Shown piece by piece: positions 21,081 to 31,419 of a stretch of DNA of 64,000 nt. A program made the translations under genes and the position numbers. Numbering within the stretch: position 1 is the first letter of the stretch; the number at the start of each line of letters is the position of its first letter. This DNA comes from Paludibacteraceae bacterium. Its GTDB lineage: Bacteria; Bacteroidota; Bacteroidia; Bacteroidales; Paludibacteraceae. The notes under the pieces are model-generated. The model worked only from the letters and a program-made list of their open reading frames with translations. It ran no database searches and was not told the DNA's origin. The stretch is taken from positions 32,827 through 96,826 of the forward strand of contig JAKSNW010000004.1 in assembly GCA_024405895.1 (NCBI GenBank). Direction: 5' to 3'.

Positions 21081-21724
21081 GTTTCATTCATCTCGTACTG
21101 AATTGTTTCATCATAGGCATTCTCACGTCCATCCCAATGGGTCCACTGGGCGTAGTCTGCATTCATCGCACACTCAGCAAAGGCCGCCAACACGGATTCG
21201 TCACCGGCCTCGGTGCTGCCACCTCCGATCTCGTCTATGCATCGCTCATCGGCTTCAGCATGAGCTATGTGCTCGACTTCATCCATAGCCACGAGATTCT
21301 AATCAAGTTCATCAGCTGCGGCATCATTCTTGCCTTCGGTTTGATTACCTTGTTCCAAGACCCCAAGAAACAACTGGAACGCCGCAAGGATGCTACCACG
21401 ACTAACGACAGCCTGCTGAAAGACTACCTCTCAGCATTCGGTCTCTGCATCACCAACCCGATGATCAGTGTGTTTTTCATCGCGTTGTTTGCCCAGTTTA
21501 ATATCTTCGCCGACAATCAGCCGTTCTACCGTAGCGTTGCTACCTTGCTGCTGATTTTCTGCGGAGCTTCAACTTGCTGGTTCACACTTTCATATTATGT
21601 CGATAAATTCCGCGAACGCATCAACGAACGCGGCACATCGATTATGAACAAAATAGCTGGAACCCTGCTCCTTACCATTGGTATTTGGGGCATTATCACT
21701 ACTATCGTAAATAACTATCTCTAA
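21077..21724 (+). CDS. LysE/RhtB-family amino-acid exporter
   Basis: 215 aa with six TM helices and an N-terminal GPLGVVCIHRTL-type motif. Its ATGA start overlaps the miaA stop. Confidence 0.65.
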   Translation: MSFIHLVLNCFIIGILTSIPMGPLGVVCIHRTLSKGRQHGFVTGLGAATSDLVYASLIGFSMSYVLDFIHSHEILIKFISCGIILAFGLITLFQDPKKQLERRKDATTTNDSLLKDYLSAFGLCITNPMISVFFIALFAQFNIFADNQPFYRSVATLLLIFCGASTCWFTLSYYVDKFRERINERGTSIMNKIAGTLLLTIGIWGIITTIVNNYL

Positions 21725-21738
21725 ACGCAACCAATTAT

Positions 21739-23658
21739 ATGACAAACTACGGATTCGTTAAAGTGGCAGCCGCTGTTCCTGTAGTGGAACCAGCCAACTG
21801 CAAAGCCAATGCAGAGCACATCATCGACATGATGAAAGAGGCAGAAAGCAAAGGAGTGGAGATAATCTGCTTCCCAGAACTTTGTATCACAGGCTATACC
21901 TGTGCCGACCTTTTTCACAACTCTCTGCTTCAAGCCAATGCAATCCGTGCGTTTGAAATGATAGTTGAGGCTTCCAAATCATGTCATAGCCTCATAGCCG
22001 TTGGTATGCCATACGCCGTTGGCAACAGCCTCTACAACTGTGCAATGGTGGTCAACAACGGAGAGATTCTTGCTGCCGTGCCTAAGACATTCCGTCCAAA
22101 CTACAACGAATTTTACGAGCAACGCTGGTTTGCCTCTTCGTTCCATAACATCGTCGACGAGATAGAAATTCTTGGCCAACAGGTTCCTTTTGGCACAGAT
22201 ACCTTAATCAATCACAACGGCACCATGGTTGCGGTGGAACTGTGCGAAGACCTTTGGACTCCAATTCCGCCAAGCAGTCTCCACTGCCTGGCTGGTGCAG
22301 AGATAGTGCTCAACCTTTCTGCTTCCAACGCCATTATCGGCAAGAACAACTATCGCCGCCAGTTGATTTCCCAACAGTCAGCCCGTTGTGTTGCCGGCAT
22401 GATATATGCCTCAGCAGGTTTCGGCGAATCAAGCACCGACCTTTTGTTTGCCGGTAGCGCCATGATTGCAGAGAACGGATCACTTCTGGCAGAAAGCGAA
22501 CGCTTCACACTGGAATCACAAATGATTCTCAGCGAAATTGATATTGAGCGTATTCGCCACGACCGCCAAAAGAACCAAGCATTTATGGAAGGTCTCCGAC
22601 CATTCCAATGCAATAAGGAATACATCATTGTAAACTCAACAAACGAGCAGAAACCGCTCAACCTAACACGTTATGTTGACCCTGCACCATTCGTGCCTCA
22701 AGGTAAAGCACTTGACGAACGCTGTCAGGAAATCATCAATATCCAATCCACTTCGTTGGTTGTCCGCCTTGCCCACACCAAGATTCGTTCCGTAGTGGTA
22801 GGCATATCAGGCGGACTCGACTCAACCCTCGCCCTTTTGGTCTGTGTGCATGCCTTCGATAAGCTTGGCTTGCCAAGAAAAGGCATCATCGGCATCACCA
22901 TGCCTGGTTTCGGTACAACCAACAGAACCAAGAGCAATGCCGAGGTGATGATGGAAGAATTAGGCGTCACATCCTATTGTATCTCAATTGCTGATGCTTG
23001 CCGTCAACATTTCAAAGACATAGACCACGACCCAAGCATCACCGATGTCACCTACGAGAACACACAAGCTCGTGAACGTACACAGATTCTGATGGATATG
23101 TCCAACAAACATAATGCACTCGTCATCGGCACTGGCGACATGTCAGAGCTTGCGTTAGGTTGGGCAACTTATAATGGCGACCACATGAGCATGTATGCTG
23201 TCAACACCGGCGTTCCAAAGACCTTGGTTCGCCACTTGGTACAATGGTATGCCGATTATGTGGCAGAGCCTAAGGTTCGCGAAGTTCTTGTCGATGTTAT
23301 CGACACGCCTATCAGCCCCGAACTTCTTCCCGCCGACGACAAAGGCAATATCGCACAAAAGACTGAAGATCTTGTCGGTCCATACGAATTGCACGATTTC
23401 TTCCTTTACTATATGCTTCGTTTTGGTTTTGCTCCAGAAAAAATCAAGATGCTTGCACTCAAAGCCTTTGAAAACAAATATAGTGAAGAGACAGTCAACC
23501 ATTGGCTCAAGACATTCATGCGCCGATTCTTCAACCAGCAATTCAAACGCAGCTGTATGCCTGATGGTCCTAAAGTTGGTAGCGTAAACCTTTCTCCACG
23601 AGGCGACTGGCGTATGCCAAGTGACGCATCATCTATGGAATGGCAAGAAAACATCTGA
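21739..23658 (+). CDS. nadE: glutamine-dependent NAD+ synthetase
   Basis: 639 aa with an N-terminal nitrilase-like CN-hydrolase domain (FPELCITGY, ELCEDLW) and a C-terminal NAD synthetase domain (GISGGLDS). Confidence 0.9.
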   Translation: MTNYGFVKVAAAVPVVEPANCKANAEHIIDMMKEAESKGVEIICFPELCITGYTCADLFHNSLLQANAIRAFEMIVEASKSCHSLIAVGMPYAVGNSLYNCAMVVNNGEILAAVPKTFRPNYNEFYEQRWFASSFHNIVDEIEILGQQVPFGTDTLINHNGTMVAVELCEDLWTPIPPSSLHCLAGAEIVLNLSASNAIIGKNNYRRQLISQQSARCVAGMIYASAGFGESSTDLLFAGSAMIAENGSLLAESERFTLESQMILSEIDIERIRHDRQKNQAFMEGLRPFQCNKEYIIVNSTNEQKPLNLTRYVDPAPFVPQGKALDERCQEIINIQSTSLVVRLAHTKIRSVVVGISGGLDSTLALLVCVHAFDKLGLPRKGIIGITMPGFGTTNRTKSNAEVMMEELGVTSYCISIADACRQHFKDIDHDPSITDVTYENTQARERTQILMDMSNKHNALVIGTGDMSELALGWATYNGDHMSMYAVNTGVPKTLVRHLVQWYADYVAEPKVREVLVDVIDTPISPELLPADDKGNIAQKTEDLVGPYELHDFFLYYMLRFGFAPEKIKMLALKAFENKYSEETVNHWLKTFMRRFFNQQFKRSCMPDGPKVGSVNLSPRGDWRMPSDASSMEWQENI

Positions 23659-23972
23659 TTTCACACAAGAAAACATCCACTTTGGCACGGTTATAGTAAA
23701 TAACCACCACACAAAATCCACCCAACTAACAACAAAAACATCAACACTCTCGCAATGAAATAACATTCCCAATCTTTCAATCTGCTTTGCCTGATGCTCC
23801 AATTCCAGGCAAAGCCAATCTCGTCATCATATTCTCTGCACATCATCAAACCGTCATGGTTTGACGATGCTGCATTTTTTCGGCAGTCTCTCAGCCCGAC
23901 TGCTTTACGTCTCGTTGCGGCAGCTTACCCACAGCTGTTTATAACCTTCACATCCCTAACAAAAATTACATT

Positions 23973-24239
23973 ATGAGCAACTTCACCACAAACAACAGCA
24001 CCAAAAAATCCGTTCAACGTCGTCGCATCATGAAACCAATGGATGTAGGCAGCAATGCAGAGTCGCAGTATAAGACTTACAGCGACAAACGCAAAGAACA
24101 CGACGCAGCCATGAAATTACTCATGCGCTTGAAAGAAAAAGAGGCAGAAAAACAGCGTCAAGCCAAAGAAGGCAAACTTGTAGTTGAATGCACCGACCTC
24201 TGCAAAGGCAAAAAAGTTGTTTACAAATCGGCAGTATAA
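23973..24239 (+). CDS. small lysine-rich hypothetical protein
   Basis: 88-aa ORF with an ATG start, followed 27 nt later by a strong terminator. No family recognised. Confidence 0.45.
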   Translation: MSNFTTNNSTKKSVQRRRIMKPMDVGSNAESQYKTYSDKRKEHDAAMKLLMRLKEKEAEKQRQAKEGKLVVECTDLCKGKKVVYKSAV

Positions 24240-24265
24240 ACGTACTTCTATGCCCTCTTTCCACA

Positions 24266-24306
24266 AGCCACCGTCTCAGACCAGGACGGTGGCTTTTTGT
24301 TTTTTC
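24266..24306 (+). terminator. Rho-independent terminator
   Basis: Perfect 10-bp stem AGCCACCGTC / GACGGTGGCT followed by TTTTTGTTTTTT. Confidence 0.75.
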
Positions 24307-24624
24307 TATATACAATATCCCAGATTTCTACCATAACCAACAAACAGCATTTGTGTTGCCTGTGAATATCCAAGCATAGCCCCACATAGACTCCCCTACA
24401 CACACATCCGCATTCAAACTTAACTACATTTATTAACAACACGATTTCAGAGATAAACCAACAATAAAATCGCGTTTATAACATTTAATAACGTTCGCAT
24501 CAAAGATTATACCAAGACAGCAATCAAGCATACCCATACACTGCAGTAACAAACATCATTGATTTTCAGACCAATCTCCGCATTGATTAATAATTATTAG
24601 CAGAATTAACAACAAAAGACTATA

Positions 24625-25150
24625 GTTAAATAAAATAATGCGAGCAAAAGGATGCAAACAGAAACATCGTTTCAACATTTTGCGGAAAGTAGTGAACGCA
24701 TCGTGCAAGTTAATTAAAATAATGCGAGTGAAAGGGTGTTAACAGAAACATGCCTTCAACATTTTGTTGAAAGCTGTGAACGCATCGTGCAAGTTAAATA
24801 AAATAATGCGAGTGAAAGGATGTTAATAGAAACATCGTTTCAACATTTTGTGGAAAGTAGCGAACGCATCGTGCACGTTAAATAAAATAATGCGAGCAAA
24901 AGGATGTTAACAGAAACATCGTTTCAACATTTTGCAGAAAGTAGTGACACGATCGTTTCATCGAAGCAACATTTTGAAGAAGCCAGAGAACGGACCGATT
25001 TGTTAAATAAAATAATGTGAGTGAAAGGATGCAAACAGAAACATGCCTTCAACATTTTGTGGAAGGTAGTGAAACAACCGTTACATCGGAAAAACATTTT
25101 GTGGAAAGTATGTAACGATGCCGTCGTGTTAAAAAACATAATTAAAATAC
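24625..25150 (+). repeat. tandem repeat array with an 84-bp unit: about 5 units plus a degenerate tail
   Basis: Unit heads GTTAA(A/T)TAAAATAATG(C/T)GAG occur at 24625, 24709, 24793, 24877 and 25002. That gives spacings of 84, 84, 84 and 125; the fourth unit carries an internal duplication. Each unit contains AACATTTTG(C/T)(G/A/T)GAAAG. Confidence 0.85.
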
Positions 25151-25720
25151 AACCATCAGGTTCGTCACATGACCATAAAATTCTGCGAAAGATATGCTGC
25201 GAACACTTACCACCTCAAAACATTTTGCGAAAAGTATATTCGCAACAAAAACATACGATTTTCATTTTGCGGAAACAACATATCGAAAAGAGTTGCGAGT
25301 AAATCACTTTGCGGAATCAATGCTAAGCATCTGTCAGAGCTTTTCACACTTTGCAGAAAGGATGTTGCTGTGGCATGATTTCAAGCAACATTATTGCGTC
25401 TTTGCCACAGACTCGAATATCAACAAATTACATTTTTGCAACGTAATACAATATATAATATACCTACATTCACAGTGTAAAGCAACAATCGTCGAGATTC
25501 ACCAGCTTCAATAAAAACATTTTTCCATCAACAAAACAGCATGAACGGCTGTTTTTCAGCAAGAAACATACATCTACATTATTCCCCATAAGACAGCAAT
25601 CAAGGAGTTTTTGGCTAACACCAATATTCCAATGCTTATGCTAATACAATAGCAACAAAACAATTCACACACCCCATCGACTATTTTTTTATAGAACGAG
25701 CACCATGTTATTTTTTTTTA

Positions 25721-25728
25721 TATCTTTG
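25721..25728 (+). promoter_or_regulatory. -7 promoter box TATCTTTG
   Basis: 46 nt upstream of the lipoprotein ATG at 25774. Confidence 0.45.
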
Positions 25729-25773
25729 TCACCGAAAAGCAATAATATTTATCCACAAAAAATTTACCTCATT

Positions 25774-26976
25774 ATGAAACAGCACACCACATCAAAAATG
25801 TTCGCATTAGTTTCTGGGATATTGTTATGTCTATTGGCCACTGGCTGTCAAAACTTAGAGGTTTCTGATGTTCAATATTATTATTTGCTTAGCGAAGGAA
25901 GCCATAAGTATCTTATCAACAATGACGTCCAAACAACACTTCCTCAAACAGTCTCAGACTATCTTATCAAGAAAAACAACCATTATGCAGTAGGCGTTGC
26001 CGATAGCCATCCGTATCTAATGATTAATGGACAAACCACGAAGACCTGGGATTTCAACAGTCATCAATCACCTCGAATCATCGATGAGGGAAAGGATTTT
26101 TATATCTGGATGGACGATGCTGCCCCAACAGGAGAGCTGGACAGATTAGGCCAGCCGATGTATGGTCACAGATATTATATTTCCAAAAATGGCGATGAAC
26201 CTTATTTAGCTTCTTTCCAGATTCACACGGAAATAGGTGGTCCGTTGACAGAGATTTCACAGATAAGGAAATGTGGTGAAAAGTTCTACATAACAGGCAA
26301 TAAAGACAAAGTAGCGGTGTTCTGTGATGCCGACAATTTGAATACACCAATGTATCTCTCGTTGGATCTGGCAACAACAACAGGTTTCGTTGCACTCGAC
26401 ACCAACACGTTCATTATCAGCGGCTATATACCAGATAATGAAAGCGGAACACAACGTGCCTGCGTTTGGCATGTAAAAGGTGTCAATGTTGAAATGGAAA
26501 TTTTGGATGGTACCGACGAGGCATACTACTCCAAAGCAGCAACCATAAAACAATTCGGCAAAGACATCTATGTCGGCGGAAGCATTGGTGATTATCCTGT
26601 CATCTGGAAGAATCAGAAAGTATGGGCAGTCAACTCCTCCTTTCCGCCATATCGACCAGAATACCGTTTGACAACCGACTTTAATAAAATTTATACTTAT
26701 CGTGGCGGTACCGTGGTTACCATGGAGAAAGTTGGTAATAAGATATATTCATTTGTTCAAACAAAAAGTACACAAGGTGGAGTCGACAGCAAGATTATGG
26801 CTGTAGAATGGGACTTGTCGCAACACCCTATCCAATTTGAATACAAATACGATTTGGTAAAAATGTTGCAAGACAAAACGATAGTTATGGATCCATACTT
26901 CTACAATTACAATCAAGACGGCAAGGAGAAGTGGGGACATACATACTTCGGACACACGAGAATCTGTCTTAACTAA
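25774..26976 (+). CDS. lipoprotein of unknown function
   Basis: The internal ATG gives MKQHTTSKMFALVSGILLCLLATGC (lipobox). About 400 aa, no family recognised. Confidence 0.6.
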   Translation: MKQHTTSKMFALVSGILLCLLATGCQNLEVSDVQYYYLLSEGSHKYLINNDVQTTLPQTVSDYLIKKNNHYAVGVADSHPYLMINGQTTKTWDFNSHQSPRIIDEGKDFYIWMDDAAPTGELDRLGQPMYGHRYYISKNGDEPYLASFQIHTEIGGPLTEISQIRKCGEKFYITGNKDKVAVFCDADNLNTPMYLSLDLATTTGFVALDTNTFIISGYIPDNESGTQRACVWHVKGVNVEMEILDGTDEAYYSKAATIKQFGKDIYVGGSIGDYPVIWKNQKVWAVNSSFPPYRPEYRLTTDFNKIYTYRGGTVVTMEKVGNKIYSFVQTKSTQGGVDSKIMAVEWDLSQHPIQFEYKYDLVKMLQDKTIVMDPYFYNYNQDGKEKWGHTYFGHTRICLN

Positions 26977-27020
26977 AACAAAGACTTACTGAAGCTAAGA
27001 ACCACTTAGATAAGAAACAA

Positions 27021-27059
27021 AACAGCAGGCAGACTCCTAAGAATCTGCCTGCTGTTTTA
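27021..27059. terminator. bidirectional hairpin terminator between convergent genes
   Basis: 13-bp stem AACAGCAGGCAGA / TCTGCCTGCTGTT, with a T tract on plus and an A-rich left flank. Confidence 0.65.
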
Positions 27060-27086
27060 TTATACAATATTGCGAAAAAATTCTGC

Positions 27087-27569
27087 TTAACAAGGAGCTA
27101 TGGCTTCAATCAAAGCAACGGCATAAGCCGACATACCCTCTTCCTTGCCAACGAAGCCAAGGTGCTCAGTAGTTGTTGCCTTGATGGATATGGCATTTTC
27201 GTCGCATCGCATAGCCTCAGCCATAGCCTTTCGCATAGCAGGAATATGTGGTGCTATCTTAGGTTGCTGAGCACAAAGTGTGCAGTCGATATTTCCCAAT
27301 CTATAACCAGCCTCAGCCAAAGCATCCATCACTTTCGACAAAAGAATCTTACTGTCAATTCCTTTGTAGGCATCGTCAGTATCTGGAAAGAGATGACCGA
27401 TATCGCCGAGATTGGCAGCACCTAACAAAGCATCGCAAACGGCATGAATCAAGACGTCGGCATCTGAATGGCCCAACAGTCCCATGGTGTGAGGAATCTC
27501 CACGCCACCAAGAAACAGTTTTCTTCCTTCCACTAATTGATGAACATCGTAACCAAAACCTACTCTCAT
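27087..27569 (-). CDS. ispF: 2-C-methyl-D-erythritol 2,4-cyclodiphosphate synthase
   Basis: MRVGFGYDVHQL...GHSDADVLIHA...DIGHLFPDTD is diagnostic. ATG at 27569. Confidence 0.92.
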   Translation of the reverse strand: MRVGFGYDVHQLVEGRKLFLGGVEIPHTMGLLGHSDADVLIHAVCDALLGAANLGDIGHLFPDTDDAYKGIDSKILLSKVMDALAEAGYRLGNIDCTLCAQQPKIAPHIPAMRKAMAEAMRCDENAISIKATTTEHLGFVGKEEGMSAYAVALIEAIAPC

Positions 27570-27658
27570 AATTTTTTCCCGATGATTAGATGATTGGTAA
27601 AAAATAGTCCACAGAAGCATGTGCTGCTGTGGACTTATCTATTGTTTGTTGAAGACAA

Positions 27659-28846
27659 TTATTTGCGGTCAGCCAAATCTTTCAAACCGTCAACATCGAA
27701 TGCGAGTGTGAAACGGAGTGTTTGGTCGAGTGGGCTGGTTTGTGCTCTTGCGATAACGTAGTTCACATCCAAGCGGAAAGCTGAAAGTTTGAAGCCAGCA
27801 CCAACGGTGAAGAACTTACGGTTACCTTTAGAAGCGTTTTCGTCGCAATAACCAGCACGAGCGAAGAATTGTTCGTTGTATGAATACTCGATACCGGCAT
27901 TCCACATTACTTCTTTGAACTCTTCTTTTGCGCCACCAGGAGCATCGTTGAATGACATGAAGATACCTTTCATTGAAGAGATATCACTGTATGCCTCTGA
28001 AGACATCATCCAAGTGCTTTGGTCGTTAGGATCGAAGCCTTCGGTTTTGTTAGACAAACGAGAAGGAACCATCATTTTGTTGCACTCGAGAGTGAACGAC
28101 ATACGGTTGTACTCGTTGAAAGGCAAGTAGTAAGATACACCCAAACGGAGGTTAGCAGGGATGAAGTTACGTGTTTGACCTTTGTCGTAAGAAATTTTTG
28201 TACCGATGTTTGAGAGGTTCAAACCAACGCCGATGCGGTGTTGACCACCGTTGTTAGCATCGAATGGTTGCATATAGAACAAAGAAACGTCAGCACCGAA
28301 AGCATGACCAGGATAGTAGTTCTCGTCTCTAACGCTGAGGTCAGAGTTGATATAACGGAGAGTTACACCCATTGAAACATACTCAGCCAATTTGCGTGAG
28401 TAGCCGAGGTCGAATGCAAACTCGTAAGGTTTTACAGTGATAGGAATTTCTTGTTCTGCAGACTCACGGAGGTTAACCTTACCGTAAGAGAAGTAACGCA
28501 AAGAAGCGCCAATGGCACCAGCAGCATCGCTGATATTATAGTAGCCAGAAAGGTAAGCTACATTAATGTCGCTAACCAATTTGTGCAACCATGGGGTATA
28601 AGAGATAGCGAAACCACCGTGGCTTTCTGCAAGAGCGTACTTTGAAGGGTTCCAGTACTGTGAGTTGATGTCTGGAAGAGTTGATACACCAACATCACCC
28701 ATACCACCACCGACAGCGTCAGGATTGACACTCAATGAAGGCACGCCAGTAATCAGTGGGTTGTAGTAATCATTGTCAGAATTTTGCGCCACAGCGAATG
28801 TAGAGCAAATTGCAACGAAAAGTGCTGATAATAAAAGTTTTTTCAT
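27659..28846 (-). CDS. porV: type IX secretion system outer-membrane protein PorV (LptO)
   Basis: 395 aa with a signal peptide, then ITGVPSLSVNPDAVGGGMGDVGV and a FadL-like beta-barrel pattern typical of PorV. Confidence 0.75.
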   Translation of the reverse strand: MKKLLLSALFVAICSTFAVAQNSDNDYYNPLITGVPSLSVNPDAVGGGMGDVGVSTLPDINSQYWNPSKYALAESHGGFAISYTPWLHKLVSDINVAYLSGYYNISDAAGAIGASLRYFSYGKVNLRESAEQEIPITVKPYEFAFDLGYSRKLAEYVSMGVTLRYINSDLSVRDENYYPGHAFGADVSLFYMQPFDANNGGQHRIGVGLNLSNIGTKISYDKGQTRNFIPANLRLGVSYYLPFNEYNRMSFTLECNKMMVPSRLSNKTEGFDPNDQSTWMMSSEAYSDISSMKGIFMSFNDAPGGAKEEFKEVMWNAGIEYSYNEQFFARAGYCDENASKGNRKFFTVGAGFKLSAFRLDVNYVIARAQTSPLDQTLRFTLAFDVDGLKDLADRK

Positions 28847-28964
28847 TTCTATTTGTGATTTGTGCGACCGAAATCGCCTATATTATTCATTGATATTGGC
28901 ACGAGGGAATACTCCCTCGCACCAATATATAACGAATATTATCGTGTTTTATTGTGCAAAAACT

Positions 28965-29858
28965 CTACTTTATTAATGATGAAATAAAGTCAATGGCTTC
29001 GATGCACCATTTGGCTGTTACATCATCATGATCGAGTGCAGGATTAAACTCTACCACATCGACTGAGCGAATGCACTGAGTTTCAAACATTGCAGTGATG
29101 AATTTTCGGAAATCGTCTTCAAAAATGCCATCAGGAACAGCAGTGCCTGTGCCAGGAACCAAAGAAGGATCCATGCCATCGATATCGATGCTGCAATGGA
29201 TATTTTTCAATCCCTGTTCTGCCATTTTCTTCTTGATATCAGCAATGACATAATCCATGCCCTTCTCGTGAACGAGTTCGGCACGATAGACATTGAGGTT
29301 TTCTGATTTAATCAGAGCCTCTTCGCCACAGTCAAGATCGCGGGTACCTACCCAGAAGATATTCTTAGGATTAACGGTACGACGAACCACACTTGCCAAG
29401 TCGGTTGTTGCCAATCCCATCAAGGCAGCACAAGGCATACCGTGAGAATTGCCGCTTGGAGAGGCAGGTTCCATATTGAAGTCGCCGTGTGCATCGAACC
29501 AGATGATACCGAAATCGTCGTAATAATGAGCAGCAGCTGCTGCACTACCCAATGACAACGAGTGGTCGCCACCGATGATGAAAGGGAAAGTGCGGCGGAG
29601 ATAAGCCGTTGTCACCATCTCATAGAGTTGGTTGCCCACTTCAACAACACCGTCAAGGTATTTCACCTTGCTGTGGTCCTTGTATTTATCGGCTTCAATG
29701 CGTTCAGAAACCTGAATATCGCCAGCGTCAAGAACTGTGTGTCCATGTTTTTCGATTACGTCCTTAACGCCCCACTGACGAAGTACAGCAGGAGCAAGTT
29801 GAGGTCCGTGGCGGTCGCACCCGAGGTCGGTAGGTACGCCTATCATTGTGATATCCAT
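28965..29858 (-). CDS. arginase-family hydrolase (arginase likely, given the adjacent rocD)
   Basis: 297 aa with ureohydrolase metal motifs (GGDHS, DAHGD, SIDIDGMDP). Co-directional with the ornithine aminotransferase gene. Confidence 0.75.
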   Translation of the reverse strand: MDITMIGVPTDLGCDRHGPQLAPAVLRQWGVKDVIEKHGHTVLDAGDIQVSERIEADKYKDHSKVKYLDGVVEVGNQLYEMVTTAYLRRTFPFIIGGDHSLSLGSAAAAAHYYDDFGIIWFDAHGDFNMEPASPSGNSHGMPCAALMGLATTDLASVVRRTVNPKNIFWVGTRDLDCGEEALIKSENLNVYRAELVHEKGMDYVIADIKKKMAEQGLKNIHCSIDIDGMDPSLVPGTGTAVPDGIFEDDFRKFITAMFETQCIRSVDVVEFNPALDHDDVTAKWCIEAIDFISSLIK

Positions 29859-29881
29859 AGTATAAGCAGATTAAGGTAAGA

Positions 29882-31093
29882 TTACAGACTATTGAAAACG
29901 TCGCGGATGATACCAACGGCTTCCATCATTTGTTCGCGTGTGATTACCAATGGTGGAGTGAAGCGGATGATGTGGTCGTGAGTTGGTTTTGCAATCAAGC
30001 CACGTTCCATCAGTTTCAAGCAGATATCCCATGCTACGAGACCATCGTGTGGCTCAGTAACAACAGCATTCAACAAACCTTTACCACGCACTTTCTTAAT
30101 CATTGGGTGGTTGAGTTTAGAGATTTCGTCACGGAAGAGTTTACCCATTTCGTAAGCATTCTCTGTCATGTGTTCGTCTTTGATAGCCTTCAAAGCAGCA
30201 ATAGCAACAGCACATGCCAATGGGTTGCCACCATAGGTTGAGCCGTGCTCACCTGGAGCGATAGTCAACATGATGTCGTCGTTGGCAAATACTGCAGAAA
30301 CAGGGGTAACACCACCTGAGAGGGCTTTACCAAGGATCAAGATATCTGGATGAACGTCTTCATAGTCACAAGCCAACATACGGCCGGTACGAGCGATACC
30401 GCATTGTACCTCGTCGGCGATGAAGAGCACGTTTTTCTCGTGACAAGCATCATAGCAAGCCTTCAAATAGCCGTCGTCAGGAACAGCCACACCAGCCTCG
30501 CCTTGGATTGGTTCGAGGAGGAAACCTACGATATTTGGATCAGAAGCCAAAGCCTCTTTCAAAGCGTCTGCATTGTTGTAAGGAATCTTGATGAAGCCGT
30601 CGGTGAAAGGACCGAAGTTAGCGTATGAGCTTGGGTCGGTACTCATAGAGATGATGGTGATGGTACGACCGTGGAAGTTCTCGGCACAAACTACGATTTT
30701 AGCCTTATCAACAGGCACATTTTTGCGAACATAGCCCCAACGGCGAGCCAGTTTCAAAGCGGTCTCAACAGCCTCGGCACCGGTGTTCATTGGCAACAAT
30801 TTGTCGTAGCCGAAATATTTACAAGCATATTCCTCATATTCGCCAAGAATGTCGGCATGGAAAGCGCGAGAAGTCAAAGTCAGTTGATCAGCCTGATCTT
30901 TCAACGCTTTTATGATTTTTGGGTGGCAGTGTCCTTGGCTCAATGCTGAGTAACCTGACAAGAAGTCGAAATAACGTTTTCCTTCTACGTCCCAGACATA
31001 GACACCTTCACCTTTAGTAAGTACTACTGGCAGTGGATGATAGTTGTGAGCACCGTATTTTTCTTCGCGCTCGATGTATTCGTTAACTTTCAT
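29882..31093 (-). CDS. rocD: ornithine--oxo-acid aminotransferase
   Basis: 403 aa. The N-terminus ([53 protein letters not shown]) and the class-III PLP motif ([11 protein letters not shown]) support the call. Confidence 0.88.
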   Translation of the reverse strand: MKVNEYIEREEKYGAHNYHPLPVVLTKGEGVYVWDVEGKRYFDFLSGYSALSQGHCHPKIIKALKDQADQLTLTSRAFHADILGEYEEYACKYFGYDKLLPMNTGAEAVETALKLARRWGYVRKNVPVDKAKIVVCAENFHGRTITIISMSTDPSSYANFGPFTDGFIKIPYNNADALKEALASDPNIVGFLLEPIQGEAGVAVPDDGYLKACYDACHEKNVLFIADEVQCGIARTGRMLACDYEDVHPDILILGKALSGGVTPVSAVFANDDIMLTIAPGEHGSTYGGNPLACAVAIAALKAIKDEHMTENAYEMGKLFRDEISKLNHPMIKKVRGKGLLNAVVTEPHDGLVAWDICLKLMERGLIAKPTHDHIIRFTPPLVITREQMMEAVGIIRDVFNSL

Positions 31094-31419
31094 AGTATAT
31101 AAGTTGTTTGTGTTCTTTTTTCCAGTCTTTCATGGAAAGCCGAACGGGTTTTTATTCTCTGGACTTTCAAAACATAGTTTTTTGTTTTTCGAAAGCGCAC
31201 AAAGTTACTTATTTCTTTCTGTTTTTTCTTCATTTTTCGGCAAGAAAATCAGTATCACACCGAAAATATAACAAAATGAAAGTAAACACCGTTTTCAGAA
31301 AGGCAAAAATAAAAGTATGAAACTGCGAGTGGGCAAAACGCGATTTTATAAAAGCAAATTACCCGAAGCAAATTTTTGAAGAAAGCGACGGGAATACAGC
31401 CAATGAGGGGAAAAATGAT

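Noticed and set aside
24625-25150. CRISPR array
   Set aside because: The whole 84-bp unit is conserved copy to copy, so there are no unique spacers between short repeats. The period is also too long, and there are no cas genes in the window.
25021-25514. ORFs of 69-106 aa overlapping the repeat region (25021..25302, 25169..25378, 25194..25514)
   Set aside because: Their peptide repeats (NILWKV, NILRKV, KILRKI, FILRKQ) are just translations of the recurring CATTTTGCGGAAAG motif. Equivalent frames in the other units are closed by stops.
28965-31093. Arginase plus ornithine aminotransferase as an unusual pairing
   Set aside because: This is a standard arginine-to-glutamate-semialdehyde catabolic pair (rocF/rocD type) and not noteworthy.
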